Source: Candidatus Berkelbacteria bacterium RIFCSPLOWO2_01_FULL_50_28
Lineage (GTDB): Bacteria > Patescibacteriota > UBA1384 > 2-12-FULL-50-11
DNA length: 64,000 nt
Assembly: GCA_001774395.1 (NCBI GenBank)
Contig: MEZX01000002.1
Span: 302,101-366,100 of the forward strand
Reading direction: 5' to 3'
Positions 47,893 through 59,800 of the stretch are shown here, piece by piece. The position numbers and the translations under genes are program-made. The stretch's first letter is position 1. Every line of letters starts with the position of its first letter. Under the pieces are notes generated by a model. It was not told where the DNA came from and did not search any database. It saw nothing but the letters and a program-made list of their open reading frames with translations.

Positions 47893-50800
47893 TCATGGAA
47901 AAGTTGCTGTTATCACATAAACGACGTCAGCTGTGTAATCGCCGTTAGCTTGGGTGTTCGATGGGTAGAGGCGGTAAGTAATATCGTTGGTGGCGCCTGT
48001 GGCCGGTGCGGTTCGGTCGGCAACTGGGTCGCCCGGGCCGGTGTGAGAAAAGCCAGCAAATTTAGCCCCGCCGTTGGTAAAACGATCAGCCGTGCCGCCG
48101 GTTAACGATGAGTCGTCGGTTGAATAGCCAAAGCCGTAAGACCCAGCACTGAAGGTTGTCGGAGTCGCGTTCGTACCCGTCCAATCGGCTAGTGTCACCC
48201 CACCGAAGCGGACATTAGTCATCGCTTGGGTTGACCAAGCGTAAACGACATAGCCGTTCAAGGCATTACTAGAAGCGGTCAGCGTCGATGTTTGATCACT
48301 GGGGTTGGAGCCGGGGTTAATGGTACCGAAGTCTTTCGAAGTGGAGTCCAGGCCTAGGGTTAGTGTCTGACCAAAAATCCAGTTAACGGTGTTACCGCAG
48401 TCGGTGTTGGTGCCGTCGCTAGCGATAATTGTTGATCCGCCAGAGGCATCAGATCGAGAGACATTAACATACGAGGTTTTTATTTGGTCGTTACCAACGG
48501 CAGCGACATTTAGGAGCCAACTACCGGTAATGGCGGAGTTTCTGAAGTATAGTCTCGTTCCAACCGCTTGCCCGTTCCAGTTCATATTGTTAATCGTATA
48601 GGTGGCGCCGGATTCGTATTCTACTTTCACACTAGCTGTGGTGATGGTGTAGTTGTTGGTGACGGTTGCGGCGGCGTTAAAGTCGACTCCTGCCACCCAG
48701 CCCGTTCGTTCACAGTCGGATGCAATCGTGCCGGAGCTGTTAGTAATGGTCAGGTCGTAAAACGCGTTGGTTGTCAGCATCCCACCAGACAAGGTTTGGG
48801 TACTGGTGCCACTCAAAGTGGTCGTGCCGGTATTAGCGGTAAAGGTACCCGAGTTAGCGTAGTTGCCTTTAATTGCAAATGTTGCGGCTGAGGAAGCTTG
48901 GTAAGTTTGATTAGCTCCGATAGTAAGGTTGCCGGTAACGGTGATGGCAGGATCACTCGTTTCAGCATTAACAACGGCTGATCCAGCGCCAGTCAGGGTG
49001 AAATTGCCTAAAACTTCAGTTCCAGCACATGCGTTATGTACTAAGTAGCTATTAGCATAGAAAAGGTTGTAGGTGTCAACTTCGATATCGTATACAGTTA
49101 CGGTCTCACTCACTTTTTGGATACTTGTAATAGGTTCCGTTCCAGAATAGGTGGCAAGCAGATCGCCAACCCGCAGTTCCTCAACAGCTTTTGAGCTGTG
49201 GTCAGCCATAATAAAGACGTGATTTGCTGTGGCCTGCACCTGGTTGTTAATGATGTAGTACGCATCTTTAGTCCCAATAACTGTTCCAACAACTGGAGAT
49301 ATGACTACTTGGTTACTACTGAGGTCGTAGGATTTGACAAGGTCACCTTCTTTAAGCTCTTCAATTGGCGTACTTCCCGTGGGGGTAAGTACTTGGGTCC
49401 CAGCAAGGAAGGACGTGGCCGAAGTGGTCATTGTGTAGGTCGGTGTACCAGAGGCCGGGCTGGTTTGGAGGTTGTAATAAGCTCTCGTGCCACAACCACT
49501 AGTGATGTTGGCGCTAGTGGTATTCTCGTAGCTAATCGTGGAAGCGTTGGCTGTAAATAACCCGGTCTTTGAGAAAGGAGTACCGCTACCAGTTAAGTGG
49601 TAAGTGCGATTGCCACCATCAAAGGTGGTGGCGGCCGAAGAAATACTCATGACGCTACTAACCGTAATATCTCCGGTTCCACCAGTTTGAGTGGTAATGG
49701 TAGCGGCGGGAGAAGCGGTAAACGTAAGGCTACTAAACGTCCAAGCGGTTGAGCCAGAAGTGGTGCCAAAGTTTTTAGCGCCTGCCACACTTTGGGTGAA
49801 TGTGCCGCCGGTGAGGTTGATGATACCTGCAGTTCCGGCGACGTTACCATTGACAGTAATATTCTGAGTACCGAGCAGCGATCCGGCAGTCATCGTCAGG
49901 TCGTTGGTAACAACCAAGGCGTCCTGAGGTGCCCAGCCACCGCCCGAACCGCTGAAAGTTAGGTTGTAGAATGAGTCACCAGCAGATTGGATAGTCTTAC
50001 TAGTGGCGGTTGCGTTAAAGATAAAAGTAGATGTCCCAGCGTTAAACACCGCATTACTTTCATTCGTAAAATTTGTTCCGACATAGACTGTTGAGGATCC
50101 GGCGGTAAAAATCGGTGCCCCGGTATTACCAGCTACTATAAAAGTCCCGACAGTAAGAGTTTGGTTGGCGGTGTCAAACTCACTATTTCGAGAGTTTCCC
50201 CAGCCAAACCGTAACGATCCGGTGATGGTAGTTGTTCCTGCCAAGGAGATTTTATAGCCGGTGCTGATATTGTCTGTAATGGTGGTATTGTAGGTAAACG
50301 CCGGGAGGGTGAAGTTGGCAGATCCGCTGAAGTCGATGCTTCCATTACCGAGTCCAAAAGTTCCAGCAGGGTCAAGACTGAAACTCCCCCCAGTTTTGTT
50401 CATACCTTTTGAATTAAAGTCAAAGGTTCCTGTCCCGAGAGTGAATGTGCCGTTATGGGCAGCACCGTTGTTTGTTATCAGTTGTGTGGTGTTGCCACTT
50501 TGGCCAACGGTCAAGTTGTAAAATCTGGGCTCCCAAGCATTTGTCGAGCCATTTTTGATAGTTTTTGTACCCGTCCCATTCATCACAACCGTTGAGGTAC
50601 CTTCGACGATACTGACACTGTCTTGAGCAACTGCACTAGTATCCCAATTACCGGAAACCGTAATAATTGAAGCCCGTTCTGTGAGAGACCAGGTGCCGGC
50701 GTTACCTGTCAGGTTGCCGCCAATAGTTAGAGCGTAGTTAAAGGTAGTATTGGTATCAAAAGTGCCGTTAGTAATATCGAAATTGTTAGTGACGCTCATC

Positions 50801-53800
50801 GCGTCTTGGAGCGTCCAGCCCCCACCCGAACCGTTGAAAATAATATTATATAATGCTGAGCCGCCAGTCATGGTTCCAGTGAGGGTTCGGCCGGTACTCG
50901 TTGAGCTGAAGGTCACTGTCCCTGTGCGAGCGGTAAAGGTACCGGAATTTGACCAGTTACCCCCAACTGTTAAGGCATAAGGAGTGGCCGTCACATCAAA
51001 CTCACCCGCGGTGATAGTGAGATTACCACCATTATCTGTAAGGGTTGCTTCCTCTAGCACATAAACCTCGGAACCGTTATTAACGGTTAGGTGGTGGTAG
51101 GTAGCGGACTGAACGGTTGAGTTGCCACCAGCGTTGTTGCCGGTGTAGGCGAAAGTGGAGGTAGCGGCAGTTAAGGCTCCAGCCGGGGAGGCGAGCAGTT
51201 GGAATGAGTCACCGGTTGTGCCACTTAAAGTCCAGGTGCGGTTACCAGCATCTAACGTTGTGGTGGCTCCAGAAGAATCACCGGATTTTCCAACCCTCAA
51301 AATGTCACTGACGGTTATTCCACCACTTCCACCTGTTTGGGTGGTAATAGTTCTTCCTGCTGCTGGGGCACCGAGCGAGTTAGAAAAAGTTAGATCATAA
51401 AATGTCCAAGCAGTACTGCCACTTGTTGTGCCAAAGTTTTTATTAACCCCTACCCGCTGTTCAAACGTCCCCCCAGTTAAGCTGATAACCCCTGAGGTTC
51501 CAGCGACATTGCCGTTGACGGTGATGTTTTGGGTACCGTTCAAGGTGCCAGCGGTCATCGTGAGGTCGTTAGCAATTGCCACGGCTGCATCAGGTTGGAC
51601 GGTTGCGGCTCCGTTCACGATCACGTTGTAAAGGGTCTGGCTGTTAGGAGAGTATGTCGAGGTACCAGTCGACGGGGCAAAGGTGAATGTTGAAGTGCCG
51701 TCATCGACCGCTAATGTTCCGGTGCCGTTGACGAACTTAACATGGCCGGTTGCTGAGATGAAAGCGGTTTGGAAATTGGCAGTATGAGTTCCGCCATTGG
51801 AGTTGACGTAAAAAGTGTCGGTAGCACTCGCGCGATTGAAGGTGGCGGTGCTTGATCCCCAATTCGAACTCGTGGCGCCATTGTCGGTTGAGTCGCCCTG
51901 GACCCATTTATCTGCGTTAATGGTGTAGTTTTGGGTATTAAAGGTTGCCGTTCCCGTAGCGTCTGCTTTTACCTGCGTGTATCCGCTGGTAGTAATATTA
52001 CCCCCGACATTAAAAGTCACCAGTCCCGCGACATCGCTGTGCATCAGGATACTCCAGGTGCCGTAGTTGGTGGCACCAGTGACGGTAACAGTCGCGGCGC
52101 TTAGTTTACGCAACTGGAAGGTGGCATTAGAACCAGATAGGGTTGCTCCTGTTCCTAATACTAAGTCGGCTCCAGCTGTTCTAAACAGTTCAAATTCACA
52201 GGTGACCGAACACGTCATCGTGCCGCCACTGGCATCACCGATGGTTAAAATGCCAAAGACATCGGTTCGGGCTCTGGTCATCGTGGTTGTTTTGGTGTTG
52301 TAGGCAACGGTCAGGTTTTCAAACTGGGTCGTACCCGTACCTGCGATATTGCCGTCACCATTAAGCTGAACGGTTGAGCTGTCGCGGGTGAAGACACCGT
52401 TTAGGTCCACCGTCCAGTGGCGACTGACGGTGATTGTTGAAGTCCGGGCTCGGAAAACAGCACTAGCACTACCAGCGATTGCGACATCACGGGTAACGTT
52501 AACGGCGTGGTTACTAGTAGTGGTGTCAAATGTTCCGAGAGTAATAGTAAGATCGTTAGTGATGATGACCGCGCCACTAGGTGTTACTGTTCCCCCAGAG
52601 CCGTTCAAGATCACGTTATATAGAGATTGACCATTCGGAGCGTAAGTCTTAGAACCGGAAGTATGGACCCAGGTAATTGTCGAAGTTCCAGGGGTTACCG
52701 TTATAGCGGGAGTGCCGTTAATAAACAGAACGGCGCCGGAAACCGTCACTGACGAGCTACCAAGATTAAGGGTACTGCTTGTTCCGCCGTAGGTAGCGTG
52801 AGGAAGGATGGAGTTGGTTGTACTACTCAAAGTAACGGTGCTAGAGCCGAAGCCAACAGCAACCGGGCCATCACGCCCAGCATTGCCATCACCGAACTGC
52901 AAAGTAGCCGCGGTTAGAGCGAAGTTTTGGGTGTTGACAGTTGTTCCAGTTACAGCCGTATTGGCCGCAACATAGACACTTCCGGTAGTTGTAATATCAC
53001 CAGCGAAATTATAAATGCTGTTATTAGCAGTTGCGTACGGTTCAATGGCCCAGTTCCCGTAATTGCCACCGGCCATTGTGAAAGTGGAGCCAGCCCCTCC
53101 GTTAATAAGGAAGCTCATTACAGAGCCACCAGTGAGCGTGGTAGCGGCGCCAAAGACGAGAGGAGTTTTGCTAATACTACCAGCGAGGTTAATGTACGAG
53201 GCGGCCTGACTGACCGTTCCCCCATTCAGGGTCATCACTCCATTAACTTGGTTCATACTGGTGCCGACGGTAATCGTTTTACCCGAGCCGGCCAACTGAA
53301 GGTTGTACATCTGGCTAGCAGAGTTGAGGGTACCGGTGTTGTCAGCCGTACCAGTCATATTAACCGTTGAGGCAGTGCCTTCGGTGAATTTGTTGCCAGT
53401 ATCGTTAAAATCGTTACCAACAGTAATTGTTGAACCGTTACCAATCAGAACAACGCCGGCAGTGTTAGCTAGCGTCAGGTCTCGAGCGACGTTAACGGCG
53501 TAGTTTGAGCCGGTCGTATCAAGCGATCCGTTGGTAACTGTCAGGTCTCGGCCGGTGCCGGTTGTACCTTCAAGGACGAAGGTTTCGGAGGAGTTGTTGG
53601 GGATTAGGTCGTAGTAAGTTGCCGACTGAATAGTTGTACTGCCAGCACCGTTATTGCCGGTGTAGGTGAAGGTTGAGCTGGCGGCGGTTAGTGATCCGGC
53701 GGGGGAAGCAAGTATTTGGAAAGAGTCACCAGTAGTACCAGACAGAGTCCAAGTGCGATTGCCGGCATCGAAGTAAGTGCCACAACCGTCAGCGGCCTTA

Positions 53801-56800
53801 CCTATTCTCATAACATCGCTAACTGTTATTCCCCCTGATCCGCCGGTTTGAGTCGTGATGAAAAATGCGGCACAGATTGGGGAGTTAGGATTCGAAAATG
53901 TCAGATCGTAGAATGTCCAAGCGGTTGAGCCGCTCGTTGTCCCGAAGTTCTTGGCCGCCCCAACTCTTTGCTCAAAAGTCCCACCCGTCATAGTAATCGT
54001 TCCTGCGGTGCCAGCAACGTTACCACTAACAGTTACATTTTGTGTTCCATTCAAGTCACCAGCCGTAATAGTAAGATCATTAGTAACGGTTAGAGCGTCA
54101 ACAATAGTGATATCGTCGCCAGTATCGTCAATAATAAGGTTGTAAAAACTCTGGCCGGCAGAGGTCATGTCGCCATCGGCAGTTGCGTTACCCATTGTTA
54201 CAGTTGATGTCCCAGGGGTGATCACGGCGGTATCGAGATTTTCCCAGTTACTACCTATGGCGTAGCTCGCCGAGCCCAAACTCATTGCAACTGTGCCGGC
54301 AGTGGATGTAAAACGGAAAAGTGCTGTCACGATCCAGGCAGTATTGTTGACGGTATTATCAATTGTTAGTGCACCGGTAATATTATTAGTAGTTACAAAT
54401 GTATAAACATTCATTGTTCCGGCTCCGATTGTGTAGGTTTGAGTTCCAGACGCTGGGCGGAAGTAGAGGTTACCAGCATAAGTATAGGCAGGGATGGTGG
54501 TGCTGCCAGTCATGGAATAATAGAAGTTGGGGACACTAATTGTGCCAGTGTATGAATAGGTAGGAGTTGCATTAGTAACATGGAAGCAACCTCCACTGCC
54601 GCCAATAGTACCCGCAATTGTTAATGTGGTGCCGGTACCGCCGTCGTAATAAATCGCTTGGGCGCAGCCGGCAACGCTGTTGAGCGTTCCTTGGATGTTG
54701 AGATCACTGATGACATGGATATCTGTTGCTGTCTGTGTGTAAATAGCTCCACCAGAAATAGTTAATTTGTTAAAGTGAGTGCCCGAACCGCCGTTGGTGG
54801 TAATCGTCTTAGTTGTTCCCGAAAGGACGACTATTGAAGTCCCATAGCCAGTGGCCTGAGTTGTCCAAGTTGAGTTGCTTTGCGTCCAGTTGCCGCTAAC
54901 AGTAATAGTTGAGGCCTGGGCTTTATAGGTAGTGCCGGAGGAAAATGTTAGATCGCCTGCAACCGTTAGGGCGTAGTTACCAGTTGAATCGGCATCTACC
55001 GTGCCATTAGTTAAGTTGAAATTACTGGCAGTCTCAACTGCTGCGCCGTACGTCCAGCCACCACCGACGCCGTTGAAAGTGAGAACATAAAACTTGCCTG
55101 TTGCACCAGTCATTGTCCCAGTGAGAGTTTTACCGGTAGTAGTGGCGTTGAAAGTGACGGTTCCAGAATTAGCTAAGAATGTTCCAGAGTTAGAGTAACT
55201 ACCGCCGATGGTTAAGGCGAAGTTGCCGGCAGTCACGTCTAATGTACCGGCCGTAATAGTTAGGTTGTTCGAAGTGATTGTTGCGGCTTCTAGGACGTAG
55301 ATCTCAGAGCCGTTGTTCGGAGTTAGATTGTAGTAAGTGGTTGATTGAATGATTGTGTTGCCAGCGCCGTTATTGCCAGTGAAGGTAAAAGTGGATGTAG
55401 TGGCCGTAAACGTTGGACTGGCGGTGAACACAAAAGGATTACCGTTGGTTCCCGAAAGAGTGTATGTTTTTGCGTCAGCGTCAAATGAAAGCGTATCGGC
55501 GGTGGCGTCAAGCGTAAAAATACCTGAAACGGTAATCCCGCCACTTCCGGTCGCTGCGATTGCTGTTCCTGCTGAGTACGAAGCAGTTAGGGAAAGGTTG
55601 TTGAAAGTCCAAGCAGTGTTGCCCCCAAATAAAACGGCTCCTGATCCACCAAGAGTAAGAGTTCCGCCGGTTAAATTGATCGTCCCGTTACCTGTTAGGT
55701 CGGGATCGGCACCACCGTCGCCGACGCTAAGGTCTTGGGTCCCCAGTAACGATCCCGCCGTCATGGTTAAATCGTTGGTAGCCGTAACCGCCGCGCTTGG
55801 TGTCCACTCGCCGCCCGAACCGTTAAATGTAAGGTTGTAGAAAGCCGAAGCACTGGTCATGGTCCCCGCTAGAGTATTGCCAGTATCGGTCGCGTTGAAT
55901 GTTATGGTACCGGATTGAGCGGTAAAAGTGCCGGAGTTAGAATAATTGTTGCCGATCGTCAGGGCGTAGTTAGAAACTGTCACATCAAGAATGGCACTAG
56001 CGTGAGTGATGGTGAGATTATTTGTTACAACAGTGTCTCCTTCCAAAACGAAGGTATCAGCGGCGTTTAGCTCCAGGTCATAATACGAGCTGGTCATTGA
56101 TTGGATGGTCGTATTCCCTCCAGCATTAGCTCCGGTGTAATAGAGTTTAGAAGTACCACCTGTTAAAGCTCCGGCGGGGGAAGCCAAAAGTTGGAACGGA
56201 TCACCGCCAGTACCAGATAGGGTCCAAATTCTATTGCCGGCGTCCAAGGTTGCCGTACCTGCGTCACCGCTCACACCAACTTTCAAAATCCCACTAACTG
56301 TAATCCCGCCAGAGCCGCCTGTTTGAGTAGTAAAGGTAATTCCTGACACACCGGTGTTGGAAAAAGACAGACTACTAAACGTCCAGGCCGTAGAGCCCGA
56401 CGTGGTACCAAAGTTTTTAGAGGCAGCCGCAGTTTGAAGAAATGTTCCACCAGTTAAGCTAAAAGCTCCGGCTGTGCCAGCGACGTTACTATTAGCCGTG
56501 ACGTTTTGAGTTCCAAGGAGCGTTCCGGCCGTCATCGTTATATCGCCATTTATGTTAACGGCCGCGCTTGGTGTCCACTCACCGGCAGCGCCGTTAAAGA
56601 TGAGGTTGTAGAAAGACGACGAACCGCTCAGAGTTCCTCCGAGCGTATTGCCCGTATCTGTGGCGTTGAAGGTGACGGTGCCACTACGAGCCGTGAAGGT
56701 GCCGGAGTTAAGGTAATTGCCGCCGATTGTGAGGCCCCAGTTGGAGCCACTAACCGCATCCAAAATAGCAGATGCCTGAATGGTTAAGTTTCCAGTTGCT

Positions 56801-59800
56801 GTAGTAGCTTCCTCTAAAACATAGGTGTCGAAGGAACAGATCGCGGAGCAGCCTATATCAAGATTGAAATATGAGCCAGCCCCGCCTCTTTCTATAGTTG
56901 TATTTCCCGCCCCGTTCTCACCCCGATAAGCAAAGGTTGATGTCGAACCAGTTAACGACCCTGCTGGAGAAGCCAGGACTTGGAAGGGATCACCAGCAGC
57001 GCCGCTTAATGTCCAAGTACGGTTACCGGCATTGAGAGTTGTTGTCGCTCCGGCGGCGTCGCCGGACGCACCGACTCGAAGAATTGAAGAGACGGTGATA
57101 CCGCCAGAACCACCGGTCTGGGTGGTTACAGTAAACGGACTGGAAGCGTGAGAATTAGAGAAGGTCAGACTAACAAAAGTCCAGGCACTGGAACCGGAAG
57201 TCGTACCAAAATTCTCCGCTGCCGCTACCCTTTGCGTAAAGGTACTTGAGCCGCTCATGGTAATTGCTCCAACTCCAGTGGCGCTACCGTTTACTGTCAC
57301 ATCAACCGAACCGCTCATCGTCCCGCCAGTATTGGAAAGATCATTGGCAACCTGAACAGCATTAGTGCTTAGCGAGAGCGTACTGGCGCCAGAATGAGTG
57401 AGGTTATAGAATTGCTTCGTACTGCCGGTACCGCCGGAAATGATCGTTTGGGTACCGCTGGTGGCGGCAAAATCAACTGTGCCGGTGTCAGCGTTAAAGG
57501 TGCCACCGATACTATTTGTCCAGCTACCTTTGACGGTTAAATTGGCGGCGCCCATCGTCAGTATCCCCTGGGATTGTGAAAACGTGACACTGCCGTTGAA
57601 CGTGACAGTTTGGCCGTTAAGATTGGTAATATTGGCTCGACTACAGCAGTCGCTTACCGTCAGATTGCCGGTAAAGGTTGTAGTCCCTTGGAAAATAAGA
57701 CTATAGGTATTTGGGAGGGAGTTAACCAGGCCGGAGTTATAGGTATAGGCGAGTAGGTTAACGTTGGCAGAGCCGCCGTGGAAGTAGAGCGAGCCGTTAC
57801 CAGTTCCCCAAGTTCCCGCAAGAGAAAGTGGATTTGTCGGCGGAGAAGCCATAAAGAAGGTTTTTGAATTCAGGTCAAAGGTACCGGCCCCTAAGGTCAG
57901 CACGTTTTCAACAGCGAACGATTGTTGCATCTGGGTTGTTTTACCGACGGCCTGACCGACGTTCAAGTTCCAAAAACGGCCTTCCCACGTATTAGTTGCC
58001 CCTGTCGTTATCGTCTTCGTTCCGGTTCCGTCCATGATAACCGTCGAGCCACCCTCAACAATATTGACGCTATCTTGGGCAATCGCTGATGTATTCCAGT
58101 TCCCTGAAACAGTGATAGTCGAGTTACGCTCATTGAGTGTCCATGTTCCTGAGTTACCGGTAAAATTGCCGCCGACAGTTAGGGCATAGTTAAAAGTACT
58201 GTTAGTGTCGAGGGTCCCATTAGTAATATCGAAGTTGTTAGTGACACTCATCGCATCTTGGAGGGTCCAACCACCACCAGAGCCGTTGAAGATGATGTTG
58301 TAAAAAGATTGGGCGTTGGAGGTAATGGTTTTGCCGGTGGCGACGGCATTGAATGTGACAGTGGAAGTTCCAGGCGTAACGGTTATTACCCCGGTGCCGT
58401 CTTTGTATTTTAGGTTGCCTGCTATCGAGACCGATGAAGATCCCAAGTTCAAGGTATGTGTGCCACAGTTCGGACCAACATAAAGTGCGTCGGTAGTGCT
58501 TGTTAGCGATACTACAGATGCATTGAAACTAACTGCCCACGAGCCGGTTCTCGTTGGTGCACAGTCAGCGATAGAAAAAAGGAGAGCAGTAATAGAGTAG
58601 TTACTAGCAGTTGTTGTAAAAGCACTTCCCGTTACACCGTTAGCCGCTTGGAGTTTCATTACCCCCGTCGTGGTAACGTTTCCGCCAAGTTGCCAAGTAT
58701 TGCTGTTGGATGCCGTGTAAGTGTCAACACCCCAGGATCCGTAGTTTCCTCCGGGGATCGTTATCGTCAAGCTAGCAGCATCCGGTCGGAAATACAGATC
58801 TCGATTACCTGTAAGTGTCGTTGCTGAGGCAAAGACTACCGGCGTGCAAGAAATAGTGCAATGAAGATTCAACCAAGACGAGCCTCCTTCGGCGACTGTT
58901 CCGCCATTGAAAGTTAAAACATTATAAACATCGAAGCTGTTGGTTGAGATAGTTGTTGTGAAACCCGATGACCCCCACTGGAGATTATAATACTGACTAC
59001 CACTTGCAGATGTGAACGTCCCGGTACCGGACATAATTACTGTTGAAGTATCGTGGGCAAACTTGTCGCCCGTATCATTGTAATGTCGGGCGATATTGAG
59101 TGTCGAGCTACCAGCGGTGTAAGAAACTCCAGCCGTGTTAGCGAGTGTAAAGTCACGAGTAACAGTTAGATTTTGGTTGCCGGCCGTGATAGCGCCGTTG
59201 GTGCCATTAAAATCATTGGCCACCTCGACAGCGTTACTGAATGTCCAGCCACCAGCGGCGCCATTAAATGTTAGGTTGTAGAATTTGCCAGTCGCGCCGG
59301 TCATCGTGCCGCCGAGGGTTTTGCCGGTGGCAGTGGAGGAGAAAGTTACCGTGCCGCTGGCGGCGGTGAAAGTGCCGGAATTGCTCCAGTTGCCGGAAAC
59401 GGTGATGGCGTTGGTGGTGGAGACGGTCAAAGTGCCGCCGTTATCAATGGTGACCCCAGCGACCGTGACCGAAGCGGTGTCCTCGGTGATATTGTGGGTG
59501 TTAAGAATTTGAACCGTATCGCCCGCTTGAGGCGTAGTGAACCCACAGTTCGTCCAGGAAAGGGCGTCGCTCCAGTTACCGGTGGCGGCTGATTGACAGG
59601 CGTTGTCGGAGGCGATTAACCACGACCTGGGTTCCACCCACTTCGTGGAATTTTCAATTTTCGAATTTTGTCGGACTTCGCCTCCATAGCTTCTTCGCTG
59701 CGCTTCGTCGCTATCAGTTTTCAATGAATTTTCAATGCTTGAATTTTCAATTTCCGCGGGCTTGCCCGCCGTAGTTGCCTCCTTCGCCGAAGTGGCTACG

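Noticed and set aside
47893-49032. Polymorphic toxin tip after the Hint domain
   Set aside because: The downstream sequence is more stalk repeat plus the WxL-like domain, and the next gene is a DUF916-like protein rather than an immunity gene.
49033-49413. Canonical mobile intein
   Set aside because: The +1 residue is Ala, there is no homing endonuclease, and the host is a surface protein; it is treated as an intein-like Hint domain.
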